A stretch of DNA of 13,206 nt from Bdellovibrionia bacterium. GTDB lineage: Bacteria > Bdellovibrionota > UBA1018. Location: assembly GCA_049424145.1 (NCBI GenBank), contig JBMSSC010000076.1:1-13206 (forward strand), written 5' to 3'. The translations under genes and the position numbers were made by a program. The notes under the pieces were generated by a model. It had not been told where the DNA came from. It saw nothing but the letters and a program-made list of their open reading frames with translations, and did not search any database. This document shows, one piece after another, positions 1 to 11,609 of this stretch; position 1 is the stretch's first letter; each line of letters opens with the position of its first letter.

Positions 1-272
1 CCTTTGCGGGTGGGTTGTTCTGTCCCTGGAGCCGCTACCGCTGGGTTGGTTTTTGATAAAGTGTTCCCCGCTACACCCTCCACGGCCAAACTCAAAGAGG
101 GTTGAAGAAGGAGGCTTAAAGAAAAAAGGAGCAAAAGGGGAAGTCGGGGGGTTGGGGTGGGTTCCGTTCTCAGAAGACAGGCAGGGTGAGTTGAAGCCGG
201 AGTTTGAGGAAGTGAAGAGCGCCTTTTTGGTTTTGCTGTCCGATTGGTCTTTCTAACTTTAAGTAAGCTCAT
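1..272 (-). CDS. Hypothetical exported protein, 5' part only (runs off the window edge)
   Basis: Manual translation from ATG at 272..270 is open to position 1: MSLLKVRKTNRTAKPKRRSSLPQTPASTHPACLLRTEPTPTPRLPLLLLFSLSLLLQPSLSLAVEGVAGNTLSKTNPAVAAPGTEQPTRK. AGGAG RBS (285..281) lies 8 nt upstream, with a sigma70-like promoter at 338..310. Basic N-terminus, Leu-rich hydrophobic core and an SLA|VE signal-peptidase-like site. Confidence 0.7.
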   Translation of the reverse strand, partial: MSLLKVRKTNRTAKPKRRSSLPQTPASTHPACLLRTEPTPTPRLPLLLLFSLSLLLQPSLSLAVEGVAGNTLSKTNPAVAAPGTEQPTRK

Positions 273-309
273 AAGAGAAGCTCCTGATTGTCATTCGTCA
301 GATCCTTTA

Positions 310-338
310 AGGTTAAATTAATAGACTTAAACAGTCAA
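310..338 (-). promoter_or_regulatory. Sigma70-type promoter for the minus-strand gene starting at 272
   Basis: Minus strand reads TTGACT (338..333), 17-nt spacer, TAACCT (315..310), in an AT-rich context about 40 nt upstream of the ATG and just upstream of the RBS. Confidence 0.6.
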
Positions 339-431
339 GTAATAAAAGCTTAAAGCGAATTGTAGGGTAAGTGCTGGACTAAATTGCGGTTTTTAATGAG
401 GGTTCAGTGATTTTTGTGGCTTGAACTCTTG

Positions 432-493
432 AAAAAAAAGCCTCCTCCTGCCTTTGAAGGGGTAGTTTGACCCCTCCCAAAGGGCAAGACGAG
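432..493 (-). terminator. Intrinsic-terminator-like imperfect hairpin followed by U8 on the minus strand
   Basis: Core stem AGGGGT(458-463)/ACCCCT(470-475) with a 6-nt loop, extended by TGCCTTTG(449-456)/CAAAGGGCA(478-486) and imperfectly out to 442/493. The A8 at 432-439 gives a U8 tail on the minus strand. The transcript it would terminate is unknown. Confidence 0.4.
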
Positions 494-717
494 TCGGGTA
501 AAAAAAAGAGTGGGGCAGAGGAGCAGAAGAATGAAAGTCTCTTTTTTTTGTGGGGGTGAGTTTTGAGGAAGTGGGCGTTTTGCTCTGAGCGGCTTTCTGG
601 GGTCGATCCGACACCTTTGACCCAAGATGGAAGGAGGGGGCGGGGAGCGGAAGTCCTGGATTTGCTTAAGTTGTAGCCGTGAAGCGGTTTTTAGGATATA
701 GGCTCTGGGAGAAGAGC

Positions 718-2208
718 ATGAGTGAGCAGTATTTGATTAAAACTTTTGGCTGTCAGATGAACGTTGCAGACTCCGAGCGCATGTCCGCTCTTTTGTCCGA
801 GCAGGGCATGTCTGCCACAGAGGATCCCTCCCAAGCCAACGTGATTCTGATTAATGGTTGCACCATTCGAGAAAAAGCGGTTCATAAAGCGCTTTCCGCC
901 TTAGGACGACTTCAGTCGTTAAAGCAAGATGAGGCTGGAATTCGCCGCGACGGAGCTCCTTTAATTGGAGTCGGTGGCTGCGTCGGTCAGTTGGACCGAA
1001 AGAAACTCTTTCAAAATGCCCCTTATTTGGACTTTGTCTTTGGAACCGATGCGATTGATCAGCTGCCTGAGATCATTCATCGAGTCAAGCATGGCGAACG
1101 ACATGTCGTCTATGCGGATTTTGATCAGTCCATGAGCTACTCAACTGAAACGAAGCTCTTAGGCAATCGCTCCCAGGCCTTTGTCAACATCATGAAGGGC
1201 TGTGATAAATACTGCACCTATTGCATTGTGCCCTACACGCGAGGTCGGGAGAAGTCCCGGACGATCTCCGAGGTGGTGGATGATATTGCTCGGCTCGTGG
1301 CCTCTGGAGTGAAAGAAGTGACCTTACTCGGTCAAAACGTCAACTCCTTTGGGAAGGGAAATCGCAATACGCTCGGGCGCAAGCCTCAGGAGCTTCATAA
1401 TTGCATCGGTAAAGTGGGTCCCCGCATGGGCGAGGAGAATTTTCCCCAGCTGCTGCGAGCTTTGGATCAGGACCCGAGACTCTCTGAGTTAAAAAGAATC
1501 CGCTTCACCTCCAGTCACCCTCTGGATTTTAGCGATGAGCTCATTGAGTGTTATGCACCCGCTCAGAAAGGCGGAGTTGGAAAATTGGCCGCGCACCTCC
1601 ACCTTCCCGTTCAAAGCGGATCCAACGCCGTCCTCCAAAAGATGGGACGCCACCATCAGATTGAAACCTATGTGGCACAGATGGATCGTCTCCGGGAGCT
1701 TTGCCCCGAGGTGGGGCTGTCGTCCGATTTTATCGTGGGATTTCCGACTGAAACGGAAGCGGACTTCGAACAAACTTTGGCCCTTTTAGAACGCATTGAG
1801 TTTGACCAAGTCTATGCGTTTGCCTACTCCCCCAGGCCCGGCACCCGCGCAGTGAAGATGAGAGATGATGTGCCCCCGTCCGTCAAAAACGAACGCCTCA
1901 ATCGACTACTGCAGGTCCAAAACCTCATCTCCGATCGGAGATATGCCTCCCGCGTGGGAAAGGTCATGGAAGTTCTCGTTGAGGGAGAGGCCAAAAATCA
2001 AAAAATGACGGCCACTTCAGATTCTTCTGAAACCCAGGGGACTCCCTCCCCAGAGCGCGTTTGGACGGGAAAAACCAGTTGCTCCCGCGTCGTGAACTTC
2101 GTCTCCAGCTCCCCTCGAAACTTAACGGGTCAGTTGGTGTCTCTAAAAATCACGGGCTCCTCTGCCGTGTCATTAAAAGGGGAGCTCATTCTGGGAGAAC
2201 TTCAATGA
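718..2208 (+). CDS. miaB: tRNA-2-methylthio-N6-dimethylallyladenosine synthase MiaB (radical SAM methylthiotransferase)
   Basis: N-terminal UPF0004 domain with three Cys (TFGCQMN, NGCTIRE, GGCVGQ), radical-SAM CxxxCxxC (GCDKYCTYC), LLGQNVNS, RFTSSHP, HLPVQSGS, DFIVGFPTETE, YSPRPGT and a C-terminal TRAM domain. ATG 718 (MSEQYLIKTFGC, preceded by GGGAG) is preferred over GTG 679. Confidence 0.96.
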   Translation: MSEQYLIKTFGCQMNVADSERMSALLSEQGMSATEDPSQANVILINGCTIREKAVHKALSALGRLQSLKQDEAGIRRDGAPLIGVGGCVGQLDRKKLFQNAPYLDFVFGTDAIDQLPEIIHRVKHGERHVVYADFDQSMSYSTETKLLGNRSQAFVNIMKGCDKYCTYCIVPYTRGREKSRTISEVVDDIARLVASGVKEVTLLGQNVNSFGKGNRNTLGRKPQELHNCIGKVGPRMGEENFPQLLRALDQDPRLSELKRIRFTSSHPLDFSDELIECYAPAQKGGVGKLAAHLHLPVQSGSNAVLQKMGRHHQIETYVAQMDRLRELCPEVGLSSDFIVGFPTETEADFEQTLALLERIEFDQVYAFAYSPRPGTRAVKMRDDVPPSVKNERLNRLLQVQNLISDRRYASRVGKVMEVLVEGEAKNQKMTATSDSSETQGTPSPERVWTGKTSCSRVVNFVSSSPRNLTGQLVSLKITGSSAVSLKGELILGELQ

Positions 2209-2786
2209 TTTTGCCTTACCGTGAGCAGTGGCCCAGTATTCATGAAACCGCTTTTGTCGCTCCTTCGGCTGATATCATCGGCGATGTGCAGATCGGTCCG
2301 CACTCCAGTGTCTGGTTTCAATGCGTGATTCGAGGAGATGTGAATTTCATTCGTATTGGGAGTCGAACGAATATTCAGGATCACTCCATGCTCCACGTGA
2401 CGCGTGAGAAAAGCCCCCTGAACATTGGAGATGAAGTGACCGTTGGTCACCGAGTCATGCTCCATGGGTGCACCGTCGGAAATCGAGTTTTAATTGGGAT
2501 GGGGGCAATCGTTCTGGATGATGCCGTCATCGGTGATGAGTGCATCATTGGGGCGGGAACCCTCATCACTAAGGGTGTTCAGATTCCCCCACGAAGCCTG
2601 GTCTTAGGCAGTCCAGGACGAGTCATTCGTCCCTTAACAGATGAGGAACTGGCCTTCTTACCCCAAAGTGCTCAAAACTACGTCTCCGATAGCACGGAGT
2701 ACTACAGCTACGTGCCCGGTCCCGTGAAGTGGGGCGCCAGTAACTCCGATTTGGAAACTTTTGGTGTCGATGAGTTGGGCGGCTAA
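2205..2786 (+). CDS. Gamma carbonic anhydrase family / YrdA-like left-handed beta-helix protein
   Basis: Hexapeptide repeats (PSIHETAFVAPSADIIGDVQIG, IRGDVNFIRIG, NIQD, IGMGAIVLD, GSPGRVIR) and the three Zn-ligand His positions (MLHV, VGH, MLHG). The likely start ATG 2205 overlaps the miaB stop (ATGA). The ORF-track start at 2061 lies inside miaB. Confidence 0.92.
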   Translation: MILPYREQWPSIHETAFVAPSADIIGDVQIGPHSSVWFQCVIRGDVNFIRIGSRTNIQDHSMLHVTREKSPLNIGDEVTVGHRVMLHGCTVGNRVLIGMGAIVLDDAVIGDECIIGAGTLITKGVQIPPRSLVLGSPGRVIRPLTDEELAFLPQSAQNYVSDSTEYYSYVPGPVKWGASNSDLETFGVDELGG

Positions 2787-2801
2787 CGATTGAGCGAATA
2801 A

Positions 2802-5881
<3,080 letters not shown>

Positions 5882-5905
5882 AAACTCGCGCTTCATGGGG
5901 TAGGA

Positions 5906-6370
5906 TCACTCGCCTTCATAGCCCAGATGTTCCAGTGCGCTCTCGAGGAGTTGGCTTAAAGTGCTATTCGTTGTTTTTGCCTCGGCCGATTCCGTGCAGC
6001 AGAGGAGGTACTTGAGCATCGCTCTTAGATCAATGACCTCTTGATTCTGGTTGAGCCAGTGAGTGAACTGCTCCAGTGCTTCGATCCAATCGCGAAGACT
6101 GAAGGCTGAGTCGCTGACTGAACTCAGCAGCTGCTCAGTGACGGGGGAGGCCTGAGGGTGCGTCTGACCCGCTTGGTAAATGAGGCGGATCATGAGGGTG
6201 AACTGCTCCGGGGTTTGGCTGGATAGTGCAAGCTGCTCTAAGCTCATGTGATTCGTCGAGATCCATTTGAGGCTCATTCGCGCACTTTCTAGCGCTTGAA
6301 GCCATTGTTTTTCTGAGTGGCCGGTTTCACGGCTTTTTTTTAGGGCCAGCGTGCGGACATCAAAAATCAT
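5906..6370 (-). CDS. Hypothetical protein, 154 aa, predicted helical and cytoplasmic
   Basis: Fills the gap between guaA and metH, codirectional with metH (59 bp downstream of its stop). GAGG lies 5 nt before the ATG. Amphipathic helical composition. No family recognised. Confidence 0.75.
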   Translation of the reverse strand: MIFDVRTLALKKSRETGHSEKQWLQALESARMSLKWISTNHMSLEQLALSSQTPEQFTLMIRLIYQAGQTHPQASPVTEQLLSSVSDSAFSLRDWIEALEQFTHWLNQNQEVIDLRAMLKYLLCCTESAEAKTTNSTLSQLLESALEHLGYEGE

Positions 6371-6429
6371 GGAAGCCTCATTTTTTTTTTCCCAGCTCAG
6401 ACTCTCGGCTTAAGCTTGAAGTGTGGGGA

Positions 6430-9400
6430 TTAATCCAGGGGCTCATAGTCTAAGGAGGGAGAGAGCCACTTTTCCACCCACGCCACGGGGCGATTCTTCC
6501 GTCGTGCGTAGTCCTGAATCTGATCCCTCCCCAAAGGCCCCACTTGAAAATACCGAGCCTCAGGATGAGCCAAGTACCACCCGCAGACGGAACTTGGTGG
6601 GTTCATTGCAAATGACTCCGTGAGGCTCACCCCGGTGGCTGAGCTAGCGTCCAAGAGTCGCCAAAGGGTTTCTTTCTCCGTGTGGTCCGGGCACGCAGGA
6701 TAGCCCGGTGCCGGGCGAATCCCTCGGTACTTCTCCTGAAGGAGCTCGGGAATCGTGAGATTCTCCGTCTGCCCATAGCCCCAGATCTGTCGGATCCTCT
6801 GATGAAGAACCTCCGCTGCGGCCTCAGCCATTCGGTCCCCGAGCGCTTTCACGAGAATTGAGGAGTAATCGTCGTTTCGATCCAGAAAGGTCCTTGCATA
6901 GGCCTCCACCTCGGCTCCCGCGCTCACGACAAATCCCCCGATGTAATCCACGCGTCCACTCTCCTGGGGCGCAATCCAATCGGCAAGACAAAGGTACTCT
7001 GAGCCCTCCTTGAGCTTCTGCTTTTGCTGCCTTAAGAAGTGAAACTGGCCCAGCAACTCACGGTTTTTGGGATCCCGGTACACCTCCACATCATCTCCTA
7101 CGCGATTGGCAGCCCAAATCCCACTGATGGCGCGAACTTTGAATCTTTGGTTTTGGACGATGTCCTCAAGCAGGCGCTGGGCGTCTGAGAACAACTCCCG
7201 CGCCTGGGCTCCGTATTTTTCATGGCTCAAAATCTTGGGGTACACCCCTTTGAGCTCCCACGTCCAAAAAAATGGGGACCAATCGATGTAGGGGATCAGC
7301 TCTTCAAGCCCCAGGTCCTCATGAGTGTGGACCCCTAAGCGCTGGGGGATGGTAATCTCAACGTCTGCCCAATTCGTGGGTGTCCTTCGGCTGCGAGCCT
7401 GAGCTAACGGAACCAGCTCACTCGGGCGATTCAAAGACTCCTGGTACTTTTGTGCGGTTTTTTGATTCTGCTCTTTGAGCTGCGCTCGGTAGGCGTCTTT
7501 TGTGGCAGGCGCAAGCAGCGGGTTGCAAACACCCACAACGAGCGATGCGTCCCCCACGCGCACGACGGGCCCGTCATAGTGGGGAGCAATCTTAACGGCG
7601 GTGTGAATTCGACTCGTGGTGGCCCCACCAATCAAGAGCGGAATGGTCATCCCCCTTCGCTGCATTTCCTTGGCGTTGTGAATCATCTCATCGAGCGATG
7701 GCGTGATGAGTCCACTGAGCCCAATGAAGTCGGCTCGTGCCTCCCTTGCCGTCTCCAAGATCTTCTCGCAGCTCACCATGACTCCTAAGTCAATCACTTG
7801 GTAGCCGTTGCAGCCTAAGACGACAGAAACAATGTTTTTTCCAATGTCGTGGACGTCGCCTTTGACCGTTGCAATCACAAACACCCCGGCTGAGCGCGAG
7901 TCGGTGCTCTGGCTCTGGGTCATAAACGGGTTTAAGTAGGCTACGGCCTTTTTCATGACCCGAGCGCTTTTGACCACCTGGGGTAAAAACATCTTCCCCT
8001 CACCAAAAAGCTCACCCACGGTTTTCATCCCCTCCATGAGTGGCCCTTCAATCACACGGATCGGCTCTCCATACTTTTGTCGCGCCTCCTCCGTGTCTGC
8101 TTCAATGAACGAATCAATCCCTTTGACCAAAGCATGCTGCAGACGCCGCTCAAGCGGCTCCCCACGCCACGACTCCTGAGCTGCTTCTAGCGCGGGGGTG
8201 GACTTCTCCCCCTTAATCCGCTCTGCTAACTCAATGAGGCGTTCCGTTGCGTCACTCCTGCGATTCAGCAGCACATCCTCCACTTTCTCTAAAAGCTCAG
8301 GCTCAATCTCCTCGTACACGGCTAACATCCCCGCGTTGACAATCCCTAGATCTAAGCCCGCTCGGATGGCATGGTAGAGAAACGCACTGTGCATGGCCTC
8401 ACGCACCCGGTTGTTGCCTCGAAACGAAAAAGAAACATTACTGATCCCACCGCTCGTTAACGCTCCGGGGCACCGAGCCTTGATCTCACGCACCGCTTCA
8501 ATGAAGTCCATGCCATACGAGTTGTGCTCCTCCATCCCAGTGGCAACCGTTAATACGTTTGGATCAAAAATGATGTCGGAGGGAGAGAATTGAGCCCGAT
8601 TCACGAGCAGATCATAGGCCCTCTCTGAGATTCTTACTTTCTGCTCCCGTGTGGTGGCTTGCCCCTGCTCATCAAAGGCCATCACCACTACCGCCGCTCC
8701 ATAGCGCCGGATCTGCTCGGCTTGCTTGAGAAAAACCGCCTCTCCCTCTTTTAAGCTAATGGAGTTGACGATTCCCTTGCCCTGCACACACTTTAAGCCC
8801 GCCTCAATCACCGACCACTTTGAGCTATCAATCATGATCGGCACCCGCGCAATGTCAGGCTCCGAGGCCACGAGGTTTAAAAACCTCGTCATGCACGCCT
8901 CGCTCTGTAGCAGCCCTTCGTCAAAGTTCACGTCAAGGATGTTGGCCCCGTTTTCTACCTGCTGCTTGGCGACACTTAAGGCTTGCTCAAAGTTCCCCTG
9001 CTCAATGAGTTTGCGAAACTGAGGGGAGCCCGTCACGTTGGTCCTCTCTCCCACTAAGAGGAAGGGACGCTCACCTGAGCTTTGAAGGGTCAGGGGCTCA
9101 AGCCCGCTCAGTCGTGTGGCAAAAGGAGGGGAGGGCACCACGCGACGGGGCTGCTCAGAGAGGAGACGTCGGATGGCGGCAATGTGCTCGGGGGTGGTCC
9201 CACAGCAGCCCCCCACGATGTTTAAGTAGCCCGCCTGAGCAAACTCATTTAAGAAACGAGCCGTGTCCTCAGGGCCTTCATCATATCCCGTCTCACTCAG
9301 TGGATTGGGTAAACCCGCATTCGGGTAACAACTGAGGTAACAGGGGGCCTTCTGCGATAGCTCCGCTAAGTAGGGGCGCATTTGCGTGGCCCCCAATGCA

Positions 9401-10170
9401 CAGTTAATCCCCACGCTAAGCGGTTGAGCATGCGATACGGAATTCCAAAATGCCTCAATCGTCTGTCCTGAAAGGGTACGACCGGAGGCGTCGGTGATCG
9501 TCACAGAGAGCATCAGAGGGATTCTCACCGGGTGCTCATCGTGAAACTTCTCTAAAGCAAATAGCGCTGCTTTGAGATTCAGCGTATCAAACGTCGTCTC
9601 CGGTAAGAGGACGTCCACGCCACCCTCAACCAACGCCCGGATCTGCTCCCCGTAGTTCTCCACTAAGTCATCAAAGACCACGGCTCGATACCCCGGGTCA
9701 TGCACGTGAGGCGAAAGTGAACAGGTTCGATTGGTGGGGCCAATCGCTCCTGCCACAAACACGCGACGCTCCGGGTTTTGCTCCATCCACTCTTGGCAGG
9801 CTTGCCGGGCCAGCTGCGCAGAGCGCACATTCATCTCATACACGAGGTCCTCTAAGCCATAATCGGCTTGAGCCAATCGCGTACTGCTAAACGTGTTGGT
9901 CTCAATGATGTCAGCGCCTGCTTGGAGGTACTGCCGATGAATGGAGAGAATTAAATCCTCCCGGGTGAGGCTTAAAAGATCGTTGTTCCCTTGCAGGGGC
10001 TTCGGGTGATTGAAGAACCTTTGGCCCCGGAAGTCTTTCTCCTGAAGTTTGTACTTTTGGATGAGCGTTCCCATCGCTCCGTCCAAAAAAACAATCCTCT
10101 GTTCCAAAAGTTTTTTGAGACTCAGGCTGGCTTGTGATTCTTGTTTTTTCACTTTCTTCTGCAATATCAT
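6430..10170 (-). CDS. metH: Cobalamin-dependent methionine synthase, full four-module enzyme
   Basis: Homocysteine/Zn domain ([22 protein letters not shown]), pterin domain ([34 protein letters not shown]), B12 cap and binding domains ([36 protein letters not shown]), AdoMet reactivation domain ([12 protein letters not shown]). Start is ATG 10170 or TTG 10179. Confidence 0.98.
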   Translation of the reverse strand: MILQKKVKKQESQASLSLKKLLEQRIVFLDGAMGTLIQKYKLQEKDFRGQRFFNHPKPLQGNNDLLSLTREDLILSIHRQYLQAGADIIETNTFSSTRLAQADYGLEDLVYEMNVRSAQLARQACQEWMEQNPERRVFVAGAIGPTNRTCSLSPHVHDPGYRAVVFDDLVENYGEQIRALVEGGVDVLLPETTFDTLNLKAALFALEKFHDEHPVRIPLMLSVTITDASGRTLSGQTIEAFWNSVSHAQPLSVGINCALGATQMRPYLAELSQKAPCYLSCYPNAGLPNPLSETGYDEGPEDTARFLNEFAQAGYLNIVGGCCGTTPEHIAAIRRLLSEQPRRVVPSPPFATRLSGLEPLTLQSSGERPFLLVGERTNVTGSPQFRKLIEQGNFEQALSVAKQQVENGANILDVNFDEGLLQSEACMTRFLNLVASEPDIARVPIMIDSSKWSVIEAGLKCVQGKGIVNSISLKEGEAVFLKQAEQIRRYGAAVVVMAFDEQGQATTREQKVRISERAYDLLVNRAQFSPSDIIFDPNVLTVATGMEEHNSYGMDFIEAVREIKARCPGALTSGGISNVSFSFRGNNRVREAMHSAFLYHAIRAGLDLGIVNAGMLAVYEEIEPELLEKVEDVLLNRRSDATERLIELAERIKGEKSTPALEAAQESWRGEPLERRLQHALVKGIDSFIEADTEEARQKYGEPIRVIEGPLMEGMKTVGELFGEGKMFLPQVVKSARVMKKAVAYLNPFMTQSQSTDSRSAGVFVIATVKGDVHDIGKNIVSVVLGCNGYQVIDLGVMVSCEKILETAREARADFIGLSGLITPSLDEMIHNAKEMQRRGMTIPLLIGGATTSRIHTAVKIAPHYDGPVVRVGDASLVVGVCNPLLAPATKDAYRAQLKEQNQKTAQKYQESLNRPSELVPLAQARSRRTPTNWADVEITIPQRLGVHTHEDLGLEELIPYIDWSPFFWTWELKGVYPKILSHEKYGAQARELFSDAQRLLEDIVQNQRFKVRAISGIWAANRVGDDVEVYRDPKNRELLGQFHFLRQQKQKLKEGSEYLCLADWIAPQESGRVDYIGGFVVSAGAEVEAYARTFLDRNDDYSSILVKALGDRMAEAAAEVLHQRIRQIWGYGQTENLTIPELLQEKYRGIRPAPGYPACPDHTEKETLWRLLDASSATGVSLTESFAMNPPSSVCGWYLAHPEARYFQVGPLGRDQIQDYARRKNRPVAWVEKWLSPSLDYEPLD

Positions 10171-10203
10171 ACAAAACAAAACCTTGTCTTTTGGAAAGGG
10201 AGC

Positions 10204-11058
10204 CTAGAGCTTCGAGCTGAAGTAAATGAGCGCAGGGTAGGTGGCGCACCAAGGCAGAATGAATCGATTTAAGCCTAAAAAAAGAGCATTGCCTAAGTGA
10301 AACACCCCTCCTAAAACCAAGGCTGGCCATAAAAACTGGGGACTAATCAGCACCAAGGGAAACCCTAATTCCAAGAGTAGAACCCCGAGGCTGAGCAGGA
10401 AGGTCACTTTTGGGGAGAGAAAAAATGAACCGCGCTCATCCCCTTTAGGTGGGGGGGAAAAAAAAGCAGGCATCTCATAAAGGGAGTGCTTTAAGAACCC
10501 GCGCAGTGCCACTCCCGTGCGCCAGTTTTTTCTCCTCACTTTTGCGAGCCCTGAAATCCAATACGAAGAGCACGCTTGAATCGCAATCACTCCTAAGGCT
10601 AGTTTCTGAAACGAGCCTTGAAGTCCCCTGGATAAAGTGAGCCATTCCAACCCGGAATCTAAGCTGCCCAGACCAACTGAGCTCAGCACCACGAGCGTCA
10701 TAAAATCGCTACCCCCGTTGTAAGTCCCTCTCCAGCGTAACAGAACCAGGATTTGAAGCCCAAGGAGACTCCCAAAGATCAGCGGGTGCGGATTCATGAG
10801 ACTCACCCAGGAGAGAACCCAAGCGATTTGAAGCGTATGCCGAAAGTGATCGTCACAAAGAGTGAGATTCAAGATTTTTTGGACAAACTTCGGGAGAAAC
10901 TCAAACTCCGATTTTAAAATCTCCCACGGCCACAGCCACTGCTTCCCGTGGGGAGGAAACGTGATCAAGGACTCCCCGTGCTGCTGAATGAGGCTTAAGG
11001 ACAGCAGCGTGTGAGTCCAAAACCAAGCTTGACTGAGGGCAGAGGAGGAAGCCGTCAT
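10204..11058 (-). CDS. HTTM-domain polytopic membrane protein (SdpB / vitamin-K-dependent carboxylase-like superfamily)
   Basis: Several hydrophobic helices, with motifs RGTYNGGSDFM, YWISGLAK-x5-W-x2-G, ELGFP, FHLGNALFLGLNRF and W-x3-YP. These match the HTTM pattern as I recall it (Y-x2-[SA]G-x2-K...W-x2-G...E...FH...GL-x2-F). ATGA overlap with the upstream gene. Confidence 0.75.
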   Translation of the reverse strand: MTASSSALSQAWFWTHTLLSLSLIQQHGESLITFPPHGKQWLWPWEILKSEFEFLPKFVQKILNLTLCDDHFRHTLQIAWVLSWVSLMNPHPLIFGSLLGLQILVLLRWRGTYNGGSDFMTLVVLSSVGLGSLDSGLEWLTLSRGLQGSFQKLALGVIAIQACSSYWISGLAKVRRKNWRTGVALRGFLKHSLYEMPAFFSPPPKGDERGSFFLSPKVTFLLSLGVLLLELGFPLVLISPQFLWPALVLGGVFHLGNALFLGLNRFILPWCATYPALIYFSSKL

Positions 11059-11609
11059 AGACGTCCTTGAGAGGGTTGAGGTGCAAGGCGGTGGGTGGCT
11101 GAGAGCAGGAGGTCTTGAGTCAGGCCGTGAGCTTGAGACACGTCCTGCACTTGCAACCGAAACTCGTATTGGAGGCCTAAGTTGGCGGTGTGAGTCCTTC
11201 GGATGTGCTGCTCCACAAGCCTCTGAATCAGTCGGTAGGAAGTGGAGCGCGAAAACTCACGCTGGGTCGACTCCGCTGACTCTCCGAGCATCTCAAGCTC
11301 CGACACCGCCTGCTGAAGTAAGCTATTTTGCGCATACCGCCAGTTGCCCTCCGGATTGAGAATCACCTGCCAGGGACGGATGGTGAGCTTTGAGAACACA
11401 GGCGTCCAGGGACCCCAGTCTGGTTGACCCAAGTTCACTCGAAACTCCAGTTGGGGGAGCTCCCCTAAGTCCTCAAAAAACCTCCAGTTGGGAAAAAATG
11501 CTCGAAGAAAATACAAGAGCCTTCCGGGAGCCTCCCTCCTGGGTCGGAGGGATTGCCATACGAGGAAGACAAAAAAAAAGAAAACGGCACTGAGGGTTCG
11601 CGGCGTCAT
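11055..11609 (-). CDS. Membrane-anchored hypothetical protein, probable HTTM partner (SdpA/DUF5819-like)
   Basis: N-terminal hydrophobic anchor followed by LRAFFPNWRFF (W-x-[FL]-F motif), W-x2-W, NP-x2-N and a late beta-strand YEFRL. Sits directly upstream of, and overlaps, the HTTM gene. The ORF itself is well supported. The family label is inferred from motif and context. Confidence 0.6.
   Translation of the reverse strand: MTPRTLSAVFFFFVFLVWQSLRPRREAPGRLLYFLRAFFPNWRFFEDLGELPQLEFRVNLGQPDWGPWTPVFSKLTIRPWQVILNPEGNWRYAQNSLLQQAVSELEMLGESAESTQREFSRSTSYRLIQRLVEQHIRRTHTANLGLQYEFRLQVQDVSQAHGLTQDLLLSATHRLAPQPSQGRL

Noticed and set aside
137..161. G-quadruplex-like motif GGGG-N5-GGGGGG-N2-GGGG-N1-GGG
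   Set aside because: Explained by Pro/Thr codons (PTPTPRLP) on the opposite strand. No independent evidence of function.
53..256. 67-aa plus-strand ORF
   Set aside because: Antisense shadow of the minus-strand gene 1..272, which has the promoter, RBS and signal-peptide features.
393..625. Two overlapping 73-aa minus-strand ORFs
   Set aside because: Non-ATG starts, no RBS, composition driven by homopolymer runs, and both run through the terminator-like hairpin.
2061..2204. N-terminal extension of the gamma-CA ORF in the track
   Set aside because: Overlaps the miaB TRAM domain. Family similarity begins at ATG 2205, which forms an ATGA overlap.
5882..5905. Expected bidirectional terminator between convergent guaA and the 154-aa gene
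   Set aside because: The gap is only 24 bp with no convincing stem-loop or U-tract.
6423..11593. Short alternative-frame and antisense ORFs within metH and the HTTM genes (also those inside miaB, guaB and guaA)
   Set aside because: Nested in well-supported genes, with no motifs or RBS. None resembles an SdpC-like secreted precursor.
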